Source: Acidobacteriota bacterium (lineage in GTDB: Bacteria > Acidobacteriota > UBA890 > WLXD01). Taken from it: a DNA stretch of 64,000 nt. The DNA is taken from NCBI GenBank assembly GCA_963666055.2, contig CAXWPH010000015.1, positions 2,112,001 to 2,176,000 of the forward strand, written 5' to 3'. Below the pieces are notes generated by a model that saw only the letters and a list, made by a program, of their open reading frames with translations, was not told where the DNA came from and did not search any database. The position numbers and the translations under genes were made by a program. This document shows, piece after piece, positions 50,517 to 60,446 of this stretch; position 1 is the stretch's first letter; the number at the start of each line of letters is the position of its first letter.

Positions 50517-50545
50517 CTGTCACCGGCGGATGCATCGGTTCCGCG

Positions 50546-50580
50546 GCCCGGGAGCGCACGCGCTCCCGGGCTTTTCCTTT
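50546..50580 (+). terminator. Rho-independent terminator after hsp20
   Basis: gcccgggagcg-cacg-cgctcccgggc followed by ttttccttt. Confidence 0.9.
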
Positions 50581-50665
50581 GCCTTACGGGCCGCTAGCCT
50601 AAACTCGTCTCCACAGTGCTCTTCCTGGTCGAACCGAGCGCCGGCCCGAAGTCTCCCAACGAGCG

Positions 50666-51748
50666 TTGTCCGTGAACAAGCGGTATCTGCAGCTGGCGGC
50701 CGGAATTGCGGTGAGCGCGTTGTTCTTGTGGGTGGTCACCCGTGACGTCTTGATGGCGGAGGTATGGCAGGCCATGCGCAGCGCGAAACCCGGGTGGTTG
50801 GTGCTGGTTGCCGGCGTCTCGGTGTTGTCGGTCTACGCTCGGGCTCAACGCTGGAAGATGCTGTTCGCGCATCTGCGGCCGGTGGCGACACGAACGCTGT
50901 TCGCCTCGCAGGCGCTAGGGTATGCCGCCAACGCCGTGTTGCCGCTGCGCGCCGGCGAGGCCGTCAAGGCATACTCGATCGCGCGCAAAGAGAAGCTGCC
51001 GCTCTCGACTGCGTTCGCCACCGTTGTGTTGGAGCGCGTGTTCGACTTGGTGACCGTCGGCGCGTTGCTGGCTATCGCCATCATATTGGTGCCGATCCCG
51101 GAAAGCGCCGGCCCGCAGGTGACCGGTGCGGTGCGGTTGCTCGGCGCGGTTGCCGGCCTGGTGACGGCGCTGATCCTGGCTCTGATCCTGTTTCAGGACG
51201 TGTCACTTCGGTGGCTCGACCGGTTCATCGACCGGTTCCCGAAAAGGATCGGCGCGCCCGTTGGTGCGACTGTCCACTCCTTTGTCGATGGCCTGCATGC
51301 ATTGACGGACTTGCGCCAACTGCTGACGCTGCTGTTGACCAGCGCCTATGTCTGGGCGACGCTCGCCGCGCCGTTCGCGCTCGTGGCGGTGGCGATGGGC
51401 ATGGACGTTGGCTATGACGTTCCCGTCCTCAGGCTTGCCATCGTCGCCACGGCGTTGGTCGCTGTGTTTGTCATGATCCCGGCGGCGCCCGGCTTCGTCG
51501 GCACCTTTCAGGCCGGCTGCATCGTTGCACTGAGCATCTTCGGGGTGCCCAAGAGCGAGGCGTTAGGCTACGCGCTCCTGGTTCACGCGCTGACGCTCGT
51601 TCCGCCGACGTTGCTCGGATTCGGGTTTCTTGCCGCCGAGGGCGTACGGCTGCGCGACGTGACATCTGCGCCGGCGCATGCAACGTCTGCGGGTTCGCCG
51701 TCTGCGGACACCGTGGAGGAGGGCCCCGAGCCGCCCGACGTGATATAG
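50666..51748 (+). CDS. Lysylphosphatidylglycerol synthase TM-domain / flippase-like membrane protein
   Basis: RA.RW, N.VLP.RAGE, ERVFD, P.APG.VG. Confidence 0.85.
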   Translation: MSVNKRYLQLAAGIAVSALFLWVVTRDVLMAEVWQAMRSAKPGWLVLVAGVSVLSVYARAQRWKMLFAHLRPVATRTLFASQALGYAANAVLPLRAGEAVKAYSIARKEKLPLSTAFATVVLERVFDLVTVGALLAIAIILVPIPESAGPQVTGAVRLLGAVAGLVTALILALILFQDVSLRWLDRFIDRFPKRIGAPVGATVHSFVDGLHALTDLRQLLTLLLTSAYVWATLAAPFALVAVAMGMDVGYDVPVLRLAIVATALVAVFVMIPAAPGFVGTFQAGCIVALSIFGVPKSEALGYALLVHALTLVPPTLLGFGFLAAEGVRLRDVTSAPAHATSAGSPSADTVEEGPEPPDVI

Positions 51749-51783
51749 AACTCGGGGGCAAAGGCTCTTTTGGGGGAGAGCCG

Positions 51784-52500
51784 ATGAAGAAAATTATCGT
51801 CACCGGGGGGTCCTCCGGCATCGGGCTGGCAATTGTGCGTCGCCTGGTGGCTGAGGGTCATGCTGTGGATGTCATCGGCCGGCGCGAGCCGGCAGTGTGG
51901 GCTGAAGGCTCGAGCGAGCTCGCCGCCAAGGTCGGCTATCACCAGGCTGACATCCAGGATCTCGACGCTGCGGCTCGCCTGCTCGAGTCGATCGTCGCCG
52001 ACCGCGCCGGCCTCGACGTGCTGATCAACAACGCCGGGGTGATGCATTTTCAGAATGCTCATGACGCTGATGCCGCGACGATCGGTAAGCAACTGCAAAC
52101 CAATCTGGCGGCGCCCGTTCGCCTCAGCGCCGCGGCTTTGAAGGTCATGAAGGCGCGCCAGACCGCGGGACTGATCGTCAACATTGCCTCGGTCGCCGGC
52201 ATCAAGGCATCGCCGAAGCTATCGGTGTACGCGGCGTCCAAGGCCGGCTTGATCCACTACACACGGAGCATCGCCGCCGAATATGCGGCGGCGGGGATTC
52301 GGGCTGTTGCGGTGGCGCCCGGCGCAGTGAAGACCAATCTCACCAGTCGAGCCATGTTCGCGATGATCGAAAAGGCCGTACCGCTCGGGAAACTACAAGA
52401 CGTCGAGGAAGTGGCCAGCCTGGTGAGCTGGTTGGTCTCAGACGACGCCGTCGGTGTCACTGGAACCGTGTTTTCTGTTGATGGCGGCATGGCCCTCTGA
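51784..52500 (+). CDS. SDR family oxidoreductase (FabG-like)
   Basis: TGGSSGIG, NNAG, YAASK, VDGG. Confidence 0.92.
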   Translation: MKKIIVTGGSSGIGLAIVRRLVAEGHAVDVIGRREPAVWAEGSSELAAKVGYHQADIQDLDAAARLLESIVADRAGLDVLINNAGVMHFQNAHDADAATIGKQLQTNLAAPVRLSAAALKVMKARQTAGLIVNIASVAGIKASPKLSVYAASKAGLIHYTRSIAAEYAAAGIRAVAVAPGAVKTNLTSRAMFAMIEKAVPLGKLQDVEEVASLVSWLVSDDAVGVTGTVFSVDGGMAL

Positions 52501-52541
52501 TGTCGGGATCGCCTGCCGACTCACCACCTGTGGAAGACAGC

Positions 52542-52778
52542 ATGGCCCTGGTTGATCAACTGGCAGCGGTATTCGAGGAGACTTTCGGTCACGATCCCGC
52601 CCGCTTCCAGCCGGATACCATCCCCGACGACGTCAGGAAATGGGATTCAATCGGACACATGAATCTGGTGGCAGCGATGGAAGATGCCTTCGGGGTCGAG
52701 TTCGAGGTCGACGAGATCATGGAGATGGTCGACGTTCGGAAGATCCTCGAGATCTTGGCGAACAAGGGAATCGGGTGA
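52542..52778 (+). CDS. Acyl carrier protein
   Basis: WDSIGHM phosphopantetheine Ser; acidic, about 78 aa. Confidence 0.9.
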   Translation: MALVDQLAAVFEETFGHDPARFQPDTIPDDVRKWDSIGHMNLVAAMEDAFGVEFEVDEIMEMVDVRKILEILANKGIG

Positions 52779-54352
52779 TCAGCGGCGCGGCTGCCGACCC
52801 CTGCGGTCATGCCCCGCAGAGAGTGCACGGCAACGTCGCTTCAGAGCTGCTCGCGGCCGGGGTGGGGTCCGATCTAGCGCTGTCGGTCGGTGCTGAAAAC
52901 GTTACCTACGGACAGCTTCGCGGCCGCGTCGACCGGGCGGCGGCGCATCTACGCGCCCGACGCCTCGCACCCGGCTCACGTGTTGGTCTGGTGGCCGAGA
53001 ACGGCGTTTTCTTCGTTGTTGCCTACCTGGCGACGATACGCGCCGGGCTATGCGTTGTGCCCTTGCCGACGATGCTACGAGTCGAGCGACTTCGTCGCAT
53101 CGCGATCGATACCAGCATGCAGTTAATGCTCGCATCGTCTCGGATGGCGCCGGATGCGGACCTAATCGGGGCCATGGCCGCCGCTGAGGTGGAGCTATGG
53201 TCCGAGGACGGGCTCGATCTCCCCCTGGAGGATGGCGCGTTCGTCGCCGAGGCCGAATCGTCGAGCACGTTCGATCCATCGAGCGCTCTCGCGGCCCTCT
53301 TTTTTACCGCCGGCTCCACCGGAGTGCCGAAGGGTGTCATGGTCACGCATCGCAACATCGCCACCAACACGCGGGACATCGTCGAGTACATGGGGCTCGC
53401 GCCTACCGACCGCGCGATGTTGGTGCTGCCACTGCACTATTGCTACGGCCTGTCGGTGCTGCATGCACATCTGTCGGCGGGCGCATCGGTGGTGATCAAC
53501 AACGCCTTCATGTTCCCGGAGAAGGTACTCGACGATATGGAGGCCAAGGCGTGTACGGGGATCGCCGGTGTGCCGTCGACCTATCAGATCCTGCTGCGCC
53601 GAAGCCATTTCAAGGAGCGCGACTTCCCGGCGCTCCGCTGGTTCCAGCAAGCAGGCGGAAGGCTGCCGGAACCATTCATACGCGAAATGCAGGAGGCCTT
53701 TCCCGAGGTACACTTGTATGTGATGTACGGTCAGACGGAGGCCACCGCGAGGCTTTCTTATCTTCCGCCGGAGCGGCTTGACGACAAGCTCGGCTCCATC
53801 GGCCGCGGCTTGCCGTCGACCGCCTTGGAGGTGCTGAAAGAGGATGGTTCGCCGGTGCGCCCCGGCTCTGCGGAAATCGGCGAGATCGTCGCCATGGGCG
53901 ACAACATCAGCCCTGGGTATTGGAACGATGTCGCCGGGACGCGGAAGTACTTCGGCGAGGGCAGGCTGCGAACGGGCGACCTGGCGCGCGTCGACGCGGA
54001 AGGATTCATCTTTATCGTCGACCGCGCCCGTGACTTCATCAAGTCGATGGGGATCCGCGTCAGCCCGAAAGAGATCGAGGAGGTCATCGCGGCGCTGCCA
54101 GGGGTGGTCGAAGTGGCCGTCATCGGTGTTCCCGATGAGATCTGGGGCGAAGCGATCAAGGCGGTTGTGGTGCCCGTACGCGAAGGGGAGCTCAGCGGTC
54201 GATCGATCGTGCGTCACTGCAACGACCATCTGCCCAACCACATGATCCCGACGACCGTCGAGCTCACCGATCACCTTCCAAAGAACGCCGCCGGTAAGGT
54301 CTTGAAGGCGCACCTGCGAGAAGCGGCAAGTGATTGCGGATCTGGAGCATGA
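52775..54352 (+). CDS. AMP-binding acyl-CoA/ACP ligase
   Basis: FTAGSTGVPKG, YGQTEA, RTGDL, PKNAAGK. Confidence 0.92.
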   Translation: MISGAAADPCGHAPQRVHGNVASELLAAGVGSDLALSVGAENVTYGQLRGRVDRAAAHLRARRLAPGSRVGLVAENGVFFVVAYLATIRAGLCVVPLPTMLRVERLRRIAIDTSMQLMLASSRMAPDADLIGAMAAAEVELWSEDGLDLPLEDGAFVAEAESSSTFDPSSALAALFFTAGSTGVPKGVMVTHRNIATNTRDIVEYMGLAPTDRAMLVLPLHYCYGLSVLHAHLSAGASVVINNAFMFPEKVLDDMEAKACTGIAGVPSTYQILLRRSHFKERDFPALRWFQQAGGRLPEPFIREMQEAFPEVHLYVMYGQTEATARLSYLPPERLDDKLGSIGRGLPSTALEVLKEDGSPVRPGSAEIGEIVAMGDNISPGYWNDVAGTRKYFGEGRLRTGDLARVDAEGFIFIVDRARDFIKSMGIRVSPKEIEEVIAALPGVVEVAVIGVPDEIWGEAIKAVVVPVREGELSGRSIVRHCNDHLPNHMIPTTVELTDHLPKNAAGKVLKAHLREAASDCGSGA

Positions 54353-55562
54353 GTACCGCGGGGCTGTCCGATGCGCGCCGCACCGAGGTCGACACAGCGA
54401 TCACCGAGTTGATCGCCGGGGATCAGTTCTCGTCGAAGCAGGCCGACAAGGATCACGACCTTCTGGCGATCCTACGGCCCCTGTGCGAGCAGATGGCAGA
54501 AGCCTGCCCACCGTATGCGCGCTTCCTCGCTCGCCTTGGAGGGAGCCCAGCGGTCTGGACGCGGGTCGCCGATGTGCCGCCCTTGCCGGTTACCATGTTC
54601 AAGCGCTTCGCACTTTCGGCCGTCGCGCCGGAACGGGTGGTTCGAGAGTTGCACTCGTCGTCGACCACCGGCCAGTCGCCCAGCCGTATCTTCATCGACA
54701 AGACCACCGCCTTCCGACAGTCGAGGGCGCTGGTATCGATTCTCAAGGACGCGTTGGGCGGCAAGCGCCGACCGTATCTCGTGGTCGACGCTGAGGAGGC
54801 TGCCGCCGCTGGCGATGTGCTGACAGCTCGCGGCGCGGCGATCCGCGGAATCGGTAGCTTCGCGAACTCCACCACCTACGCGTTGCGATCGCGAGACCAC
54901 GGTGACCTCATGCCTGATTGGGACGCAATCGAGGCATTTTTCGAACGACACGGCGACGAGCCGATACTCATCTTCGGGTTCACGTTCATCGTTTGGTCCC
55001 GGTTCGTCCGCGCGGCGGAGGCGCGCGGCGCGCGCTTCGATGCTCCCGAAGCATCGTTTGGTCCCGGTTCGTCCGCGCGGCGGAGGCGCGCGGCGCGCGC
55101 TTCGATGCTCCCGAAGCCGTGCTACTGCACTCTGGGGGCTGGAAGAAGCTCGAGGCCGACGCGGTATCGAAGGCTGTCTTCAACGAGCGCGTCAGCGACG
55201 TGTTGGGAATGGATTCCGGCGCGGTGCTTGATTTCTACGGCATGGTTGAGCAGGTAGGCACGGTCTTCGTTGACTGCGTGGCTGGTAACAAGCACGCTCC
55301 GGCCTTCGCGGACGTCGTGATCCGCAGGCCTCATACGCTCGAGCCGGTGGCGCCGGGGGAGACCGGGATCATCGAGGTGGTGAGCGTGCTGCCGACGAGC
55401 TATCCGGGCCATGCGCTCCTCACTGAGGATCAGGGAACGCTGGTCGGCGTAGACGACTGCCCGTGCGGGCGGTCCGGACAGTACTTTCGCTTCACCAGCC
55501 GTGTCGAGCGCGTTGAGGTGCGTGGTTGTGGCGACACCTTCGCAGTCAAGCAACTCAAATGA
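54349..55562 (+). pseudogene. LuxE-like acyl-protein synthetase, frameshifted by a 65-bp tandem duplication
   Basis: SSSTTG, GGWKKL, DFYGMVEQ, SYPGHALLTED.G, CPCGR.G, RGCGD. Confidence 0.85.
54987..55116 (+). repeat. Exact 65-bp tandem duplication
   Basis: 54987-55051 equals 55052-55116. Confidence 0.95.
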
Positions 55563-56827
55563 GCGGTATCTACTTCCGTCCCGACAAGCCCCCCTTATCG
55601 TTCACCGATCTGGGGGCGATCACCGCTGCTCTGCAACAGCGGCGTGCCTCGATGGCAGCGATGCCCACCGCGTCGTTGCTTGATCTCCTGGCCGCTTTCG
55701 GCTCGCGCCTGCTTGAGGACCCTCATACGCGCGGGCTCGAGGGCGTGACGTTTCTGTCCGCTTGGCTCAAGCGTTCAAATCTCGAGAAGATGCTGGCGCT
55801 GAACCTCGGTGGTCATGTAGCGGCGCTCGATGGCTTCGTCGACGTGCACGATCGGCAGCTGGCGGTGAAGCCACACGGCCTGGTGTCGATGTGGATGGCA
55901 GGCAATGTGCCCACGCTGCCGGTCTTCGCGCTGGTACCGGCGTTGTTGGCCAGGAACGTCTGTCTCGTGAAGCTAGCCGACCCTCAGCCCGGCGGCATCG
56001 ACGCGATGATCGACGTGCTGGCCGGGTGCTCGGTGGGTGGCCTCTCGGGCGCCGATCTGTGCGCTTGCTTTGCCGTGGTCTGGTACAGCTCCAGCGAAAG
56101 CGACTTGGGTACGGCGATGTCGCTGGCGGCCGACGCCAAGGTGACCTGGGGCGGACAGGCGGCTATCGAGGCGATACGTAGATTGCCGCAGAAGCCGCAT
56201 TGCGTGAATGTCGAGTTCGGTCCGAAATACTCGATCGGCCTGATCGGTAGTGCCCTTCTCGAACAGCCCGCGGCGCTCGACCGGGTGGTTGCCGCATTCG
56301 TGCGAGATATTGCCATCTTCGATCAACGTGCCTGTTCTTCGCCACAGACGATCTTCGTCGAAGCAACGAACGGTGCCCTGGCCGATGTCGGCGCGCGCTT
56401 CGCGGCGGCTCTTGAGCGCCTGCCACCGAAGCCGGCCCTCGATGCGTACACAACCGTACAGATCGCCAATACTCGAGCCGAGTGGGCGCTGGATGAGCAG
56501 CGCGACGTCATCGCCTCGCGCGATGGCGCCAACTGGACCGTGTGCATGGACGCCGACGTGTCGTTCAAGGAAGCTATCCAGTCGCGCACGGTGTTTCTCA
56601 CGGCGGTGGATTCGTGGCGTTTGGTGGTACCGCTGATCGATGCCCGGGTGCAGACGGTCGGCATAGCCTTCGGCGACGACGGCGAGGCACGCGACTTCGC
56701 CGAGGCCGCGACCCTCGCGGGAGCCGCCCGGTGCGTGCGTCCGGGGTTGATGAACGTGCAGGAGTCTCCCTGGGACGGGAAGCTGCTGATCAACGAGCTG
56801 GTGCGCTGGGTGACGTTGAAGGTATAG
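55559..56827 (+). CDS. LuxC-like acyl-CoA reductase
   Basis: AGNVP, WGG..AI, FGPKYS, FDQRACSSPQ, WDG....ELVRW. Confidence 0.88.
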   Translation: MSGIYFRPDKPPLSFTDLGAITAALQQRRASMAAMPTASLLDLLAAFGSRLLEDPHTRGLEGVTFLSAWLKRSNLEKMLALNLGGHVAALDGFVDVHDRQLAVKPHGLVSMWMAGNVPTLPVFALVPALLARNVCLVKLADPQPGGIDAMIDVLAGCSVGGLSGADLCACFAVVWYSSSESDLGTAMSLAADAKVTWGGQAAIEAIRRLPQKPHCVNVEFGPKYSIGLIGSALLEQPAALDRVVAAFVRDIAIFDQRACSSPQTIFVEATNGALADVGARFAAALERLPPKPALDAYTTVQIANTRAEWALDEQRDVIASRDGANWTVCMDADVSFKEAIQSRTVFLTAVDSWRLVVPLIDARVQTVGIAFGDDGEARDFAEAATLAGAARCVRPGLMNVQESPWDGKLLINELVRWVTLKV

Positions 56828-56885
56828 CAGGCTGTAGTGAACAGGTGGAGTCTGTCTGCGGCGCTGGACAGGGGGGAGAGTTGGA

Positions 56886-57749
56886 ATGATTGCCGGCTTC
56901 GGGTTGAGAGCGGCACCGGGTCCCGATGTGGCGCTCGGTACCGGGTGCACCTTCGACGACTCGGTTCGCTGGGGCAGCGGGGTGACGCTTGGTAACAACG
57001 TTCACGTGGGCCCCGGGGTCGTTCTGTACGATCGTGTCGCCATCGGGGACAACGTATGGGTGGGCCCGGATTGCAGTCTCGGCGAGCCGACCTACGGGTT
57101 CTTTCGTGACCGCGCCAGCTACGTTGCCGGTCGGACGCGCGTCGGCAGTGGCTCGATTCTCCGCCGTGGCACCATCATCAACGCCGGCACCGAGGTCGGG
57201 GAGAACTTCCAGACTGGTCCGTACGTCGCCATGCGCGAAGACACCCGCGTCGGAAACAACTGCTCGATCGGTAACAACTGCGACATCCAGCCGAACGTCG
57301 AGATCGGCGACTATGTACGGTTGCGATCCTATGTGACGGTCGGCTCCGGCACACGCATCGGCCCATTCGTCTGGGTTCATCCGTTCGTGGTTTTCACCAA
57401 TGACCGAGCGTTCCCGGTGTTCGCGGTGGAAGAGGCGCCGCAGGTGGCGCCGTTCTGCGCCATCGCAGTGCACGCTACGATTCTCCCGGGGACTCGACTC
57501 GGCGTGCATGCCATCGTCGGGGCGAACTCCAAGGTGGGAGGCGAGGTGCCAGCGTACGCTTTCATGGACGGATCGCCAGCCGAGAATCGCATTGATTGCC
57601 GCCGCATCATGCATAAGGTCGGCGATCAGGTGCACCAGCCCTACCCATGGATTCGTTGCGTTGACCGCGACTATCCGTGGGCCCAAATATCGCCCGACGA
57701 ACGACGGGTTGAGGACTGGGTACCAGAGGAATGGAGCGACTTTCTTTGA
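56886..57749 (+). CDS. Hexapeptide-repeat N-acyltransferase (WbpD-like)
   Basis: Left-handed beta-helix hexapeptide repeats; FTND; ILPG..LG..A.VGA. Confidence 0.8.
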   Translation: MIAGFGLRAAPGPDVALGTGCTFDDSVRWGSGVTLGNNVHVGPGVVLYDRVAIGDNVWVGPDCSLGEPTYGFFRDRASYVAGRTRVGSGSILRRGTIINAGTEVGENFQTGPYVAMREDTRVGNNCSIGNNCDIQPNVEIGDYVRLRSYVTVGSGTRIGPFVWVHPFVVFTNDRAFPVFAVEEAPQVAPFCAIAVHATILPGTRLGVHAIVGANSKVGGEVPAYAFMDGSPAENRIDCRRIMHKVGDQVHQPYPWIRCVDRDYPWAQISPDERRVEDWVPEEWSDFL

Positions 57750-58489
57750 AGGTGCTCGGTTTTTCACCGGTCTTCAACCAGCTACACGACCTCCCCCTAC
57801 TGCTGGAGGAGCTGAGCGTAACGGGGCCGGCTTGCGACGAGTTCTTGCTGGTCAACAACGGCTCCAACGACGGCTCGGAGCACATTATTCGCTCGTCAGG
57901 CTGGCCCTGCATCGAAGTGGAGCGCAATCGAGGCGTCGGCTGGGCGATCATCGCCGCGACCGAATGGGCTCGGGAGCACGGCTACGACGTGCTCGTGGGT
58001 CTGGCCTCGAACAGGAAGATGCTACCAGCGGAAATGGAGCGTGTCGTAGGGCCGATTCGCCGCGGCGAGGCCGATTATGTCACCGGCAGTCGCTATCTGG
58101 AGGGGGGTATGTCGCCCAACCTGTCGGCCTTTCGCCGTTTGGCCATCCCGATCGTCAATCTGGCCGTGCACCTGGCCACCGGCTCACGCATCACCGATGC
58201 GACCTGCGGCTATCGTGCTTTTCGTGTCGATATCTTCGACCGTGCCCGGTTCGATTGGCGTGCCGAGTGGCTGTGGACCTACGCGTTCGAGCCCTATCTC
58301 TATGGCAAGGTGCTGATTGCTGGAGCTGCGGTCCGCTGGCTCGAGGTTCCCATCACGATGCGCTATCCGAGCCGTGGTCACGGCTACACGAAGATCCGTC
58401 CCGGCCTCGACTGGTGGCGCATGGTCTACCCCTTCTTCTGGGCGCGGATAGAGCGCGGGCGGTTTGTGGAGTCCGGCACGACAGTCTGA
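57731..58489 (+). CDS. Glycosyltransferase family 2 (DPM1-like)
   Basis: PVFN, VNNGSNDGS, GSRY, DATCGYRA. Confidence 0.85.
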   Translation: MERLSLKVLGFSPVFNQLHDLPLLLEELSVTGPACDEFLLVNNGSNDGSEHIIRSSGWPCIEVERNRGVGWAIIAATEWAREHGYDVLVGLASNRKMLPAEMERVVGPIRRGEADYVTGSRYLEGGMSPNLSAFRRLAIPIVNLAVHLATGSRITDATCGYRAFRVDIFDRARFDWRAEWLWTYAFEPYLYGKVLIAGAAVRWLEVPITMRYPSRGHGYTKIRPGLDWWRMVYPFFWARIERGRFVESGTTV

Positions 58490-58591
58490 GCGCCGCGTGC
58501 CGACAACCACCCAGCGCTATAATCCAGCCTTCATCCTTCATACCCCCCCTTTCATACGCGGGCGCCCACGGGTGCCCGGAGGTCATACGCA

Positions 58592-59614
58592 ATGAGCATC
58601 ATCCGTGTGCTCTTTATCCTGGCCTGCGCGGCGATCGGGTTTCTCGGAATCCCGGGTGGTGTGGGCGGCCTGGCCGTCGGGCTACTGTTCGCAGTCGTGG
58701 TCGTCCTGCTGGAGGTCAAGCTCCACAGGCTTCACCCGAACGTCCTCATGGGCGGCGTCGTGGGCACGTTCATGGGGCTGGTGCTGGCGATGGCGCTCGG
58801 AGTCGTCGGCAGGCAGCTTGACCTGAGCACCACTGCCGAGGCCGTGATCCAGGGAGTCGCCGTCCTGACCCTGGCCTACTTGGGCATGGTCATCGGGTCG
58901 CTCAAGGGTCAATCTGGCGAATGGTGGATCCCCTGGAGGCCGTTCCTCGAGGATCAGCGCGTTGGCGTCACCGACAAGATCCTAGACACGTCGGTGATCA
59001 TCGATGGTCGGATTGCCGAGATCGCCGCCGCCGGGTTCGTCGATGGCACCTTGCTCGTACCGCAGTTCGTGCTCAACGAGCTACAGCAGGTCGCTGATTC
59101 CAGTGATGCACTCAAGCGTGCGCGAGGCCGCCGCGGTCTCGATATCCTCCGAGATCTGCAGCGCAGCGCCGATCTCGACGTTCAGATCGATGCGACCGAC
59201 TTTCCGGGTATTGCCGAGGTCGACTCAAAGCTCATCGAGCTGGCGATCCAGCGTGGCGGTGTGGTGCTCACGAACGACTTCAATCTCGCCAAGGTGGCAC
59301 AGGTGCGTGGTGTTCGGGTGCTCAACGTCAACGACCTTGCCAACGCGGTCAAACCGGCGTTCCTTCCGGGTGAGCCGATGTCGGTGTTCGTCGTCAAGGA
59401 GGGTAAGGAGGCGGGGCAGGGCGTCGGCTACCTCGACGACGGAACTATGGTGGTCGTCGACGGCGGCAGCGCGCATCGCGGGTCGACAGTCGATCTGGTT
59501 GTTACGTCGGTTCTGCAAACGAGCGCCGGGAAGATGATCTTCGGCCGGAGGACGGAGAGCTCGCGGCGGAGCGCGCCGGAGCTGGCGGAGCCTGTCTCGA
59601 TCTCCAATCCGTAG
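58592..59614 (+). CDS. PIN/TRAM domain membrane protein (YacL-like)
   Basis: LDTSVIIDGR, RGRRGLD.L, TNDFNL.K, GVGYLDDGTMVVV, QTSAGKMIF. Confidence 0.93.
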   Translation: MSIIRVLFILACAAIGFLGIPGGVGGLAVGLLFAVVVVLLEVKLHRLHPNVLMGGVVGTFMGLVLAMALGVVGRQLDLSTTAEAVIQGVAVLTLAYLGMVIGSLKGQSGEWWIPWRPFLEDQRVGVTDKILDTSVIIDGRIAEIAAAGFVDGTLLVPQFVLNELQQVADSSDALKRARGRRGLDILRDLQRSADLDVQIDATDFPGIAEVDSKLIELAIQRGGVVLTNDFNLAKVAQVRGVRVLNVNDLANAVKPAFLPGEPMSVFVVKEGKEAGQGVGYLDDGTMVVVDGGSAHRGSTVDLVVTSVLQTSAGKMIFGRRTESSRRSAPELAEPVSISNP

Positions 59615-59626
59615 CGGTGCGGCGTG

Positions 59627-60295
59627 ATGTCCGATGCGCTCACTAGGCCGTCCGATGCCAACCTGGTACGTGCTGCCGGGCGCGGCGACACAGATGCGTT
59701 CCGGCAACTGTACGAGCGCAAACATCGTCGCGTGCGGCGTATTGCCTACCAGATGTTGGGCGATCGCGGTGCTGCGGAGGATGTCGCCCAGGAGGCATTT
59801 CTGGCGCTTTGGCGACACTGCCCACGTTATCGCCCCAGGTTTTCGGTGGATGCTTGGCTCGCACGAATCGTCACTAACAAGGCGATCGATCGCTGGCGCA
59901 ACGAGCGACGTCACCCGGCGCCGCTGGGCGAGCGGCCGCCGGTGGCAGGGGCTGCACGCGGACCCGCAGCGCATTCGCTGACCCTCGGGGTGACGACTGA
60001 GACTGCGGCCCAGCGCCTGCCGGCGGACGATTCGGCCGACCCGAGCCTGGCGATGCGCTGGGAGGAAGTACAGCGCATCTGGAACGAGCTCGCCGCCGAG
60101 CTTCCGGAACGACAGCGGGCTGCGTTCGTTCTGCGGGAGATCGAAGACCTTCCGGCGCGTGATGTTGCGCGCGCGTTGGGCTGCAGCACCTCGACGGTGC
60201 GCACCCACGTGGCGCTGGCGAGGCGAGAGCTGCGCCGCGGAATTCGCCAACGCTACCCCGAGTATGCGACCGTTCCTACAGAAAGTCTCGACTAG
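59627..60295 (+). CDS. ECF RNA polymerase sigma factor
   Basis: AEDVAQEAF, WLARI..N.AID, LPERQRAAFVL, TVRTH. Confidence 0.9.
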   Translation: MSDALTRPSDANLVRAAGRGDTDAFRQLYERKHRRVRRIAYQMLGDRGAAEDVAQEAFLALWRHCPRYRPRFSVDAWLARIVTNKAIDRWRNERRHPAPLGERPPVAGAARGPAAHSLTLGVTTETAAQRLPADDSADPSLAMRWEEVQRIWNELAAELPERQRAAFVLREIEDLPARDVARALGCSTSTVRTHVALARRELRRGIRQRYPEYATVPTESLD

Positions 60296-60446
60296 CGCGG
60301 CGGCCAACGCGTCTGTTTCGGGTATCATCTGTTAGAGGCCACTAGCGTTGGGGGGCGCTGACGGCGCACGACGCGCGTAACACCGGTCGAAGCAGGACGA
60401 CACTGGCCGGTAAGGCGCCGCGCTCGTGACGCTCTTCGGGGGAGCG

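Noticed and set aside
54349-56827. Bioluminescence operon
   Set aside because: luxA, luxB and luxD are absent from the cluster
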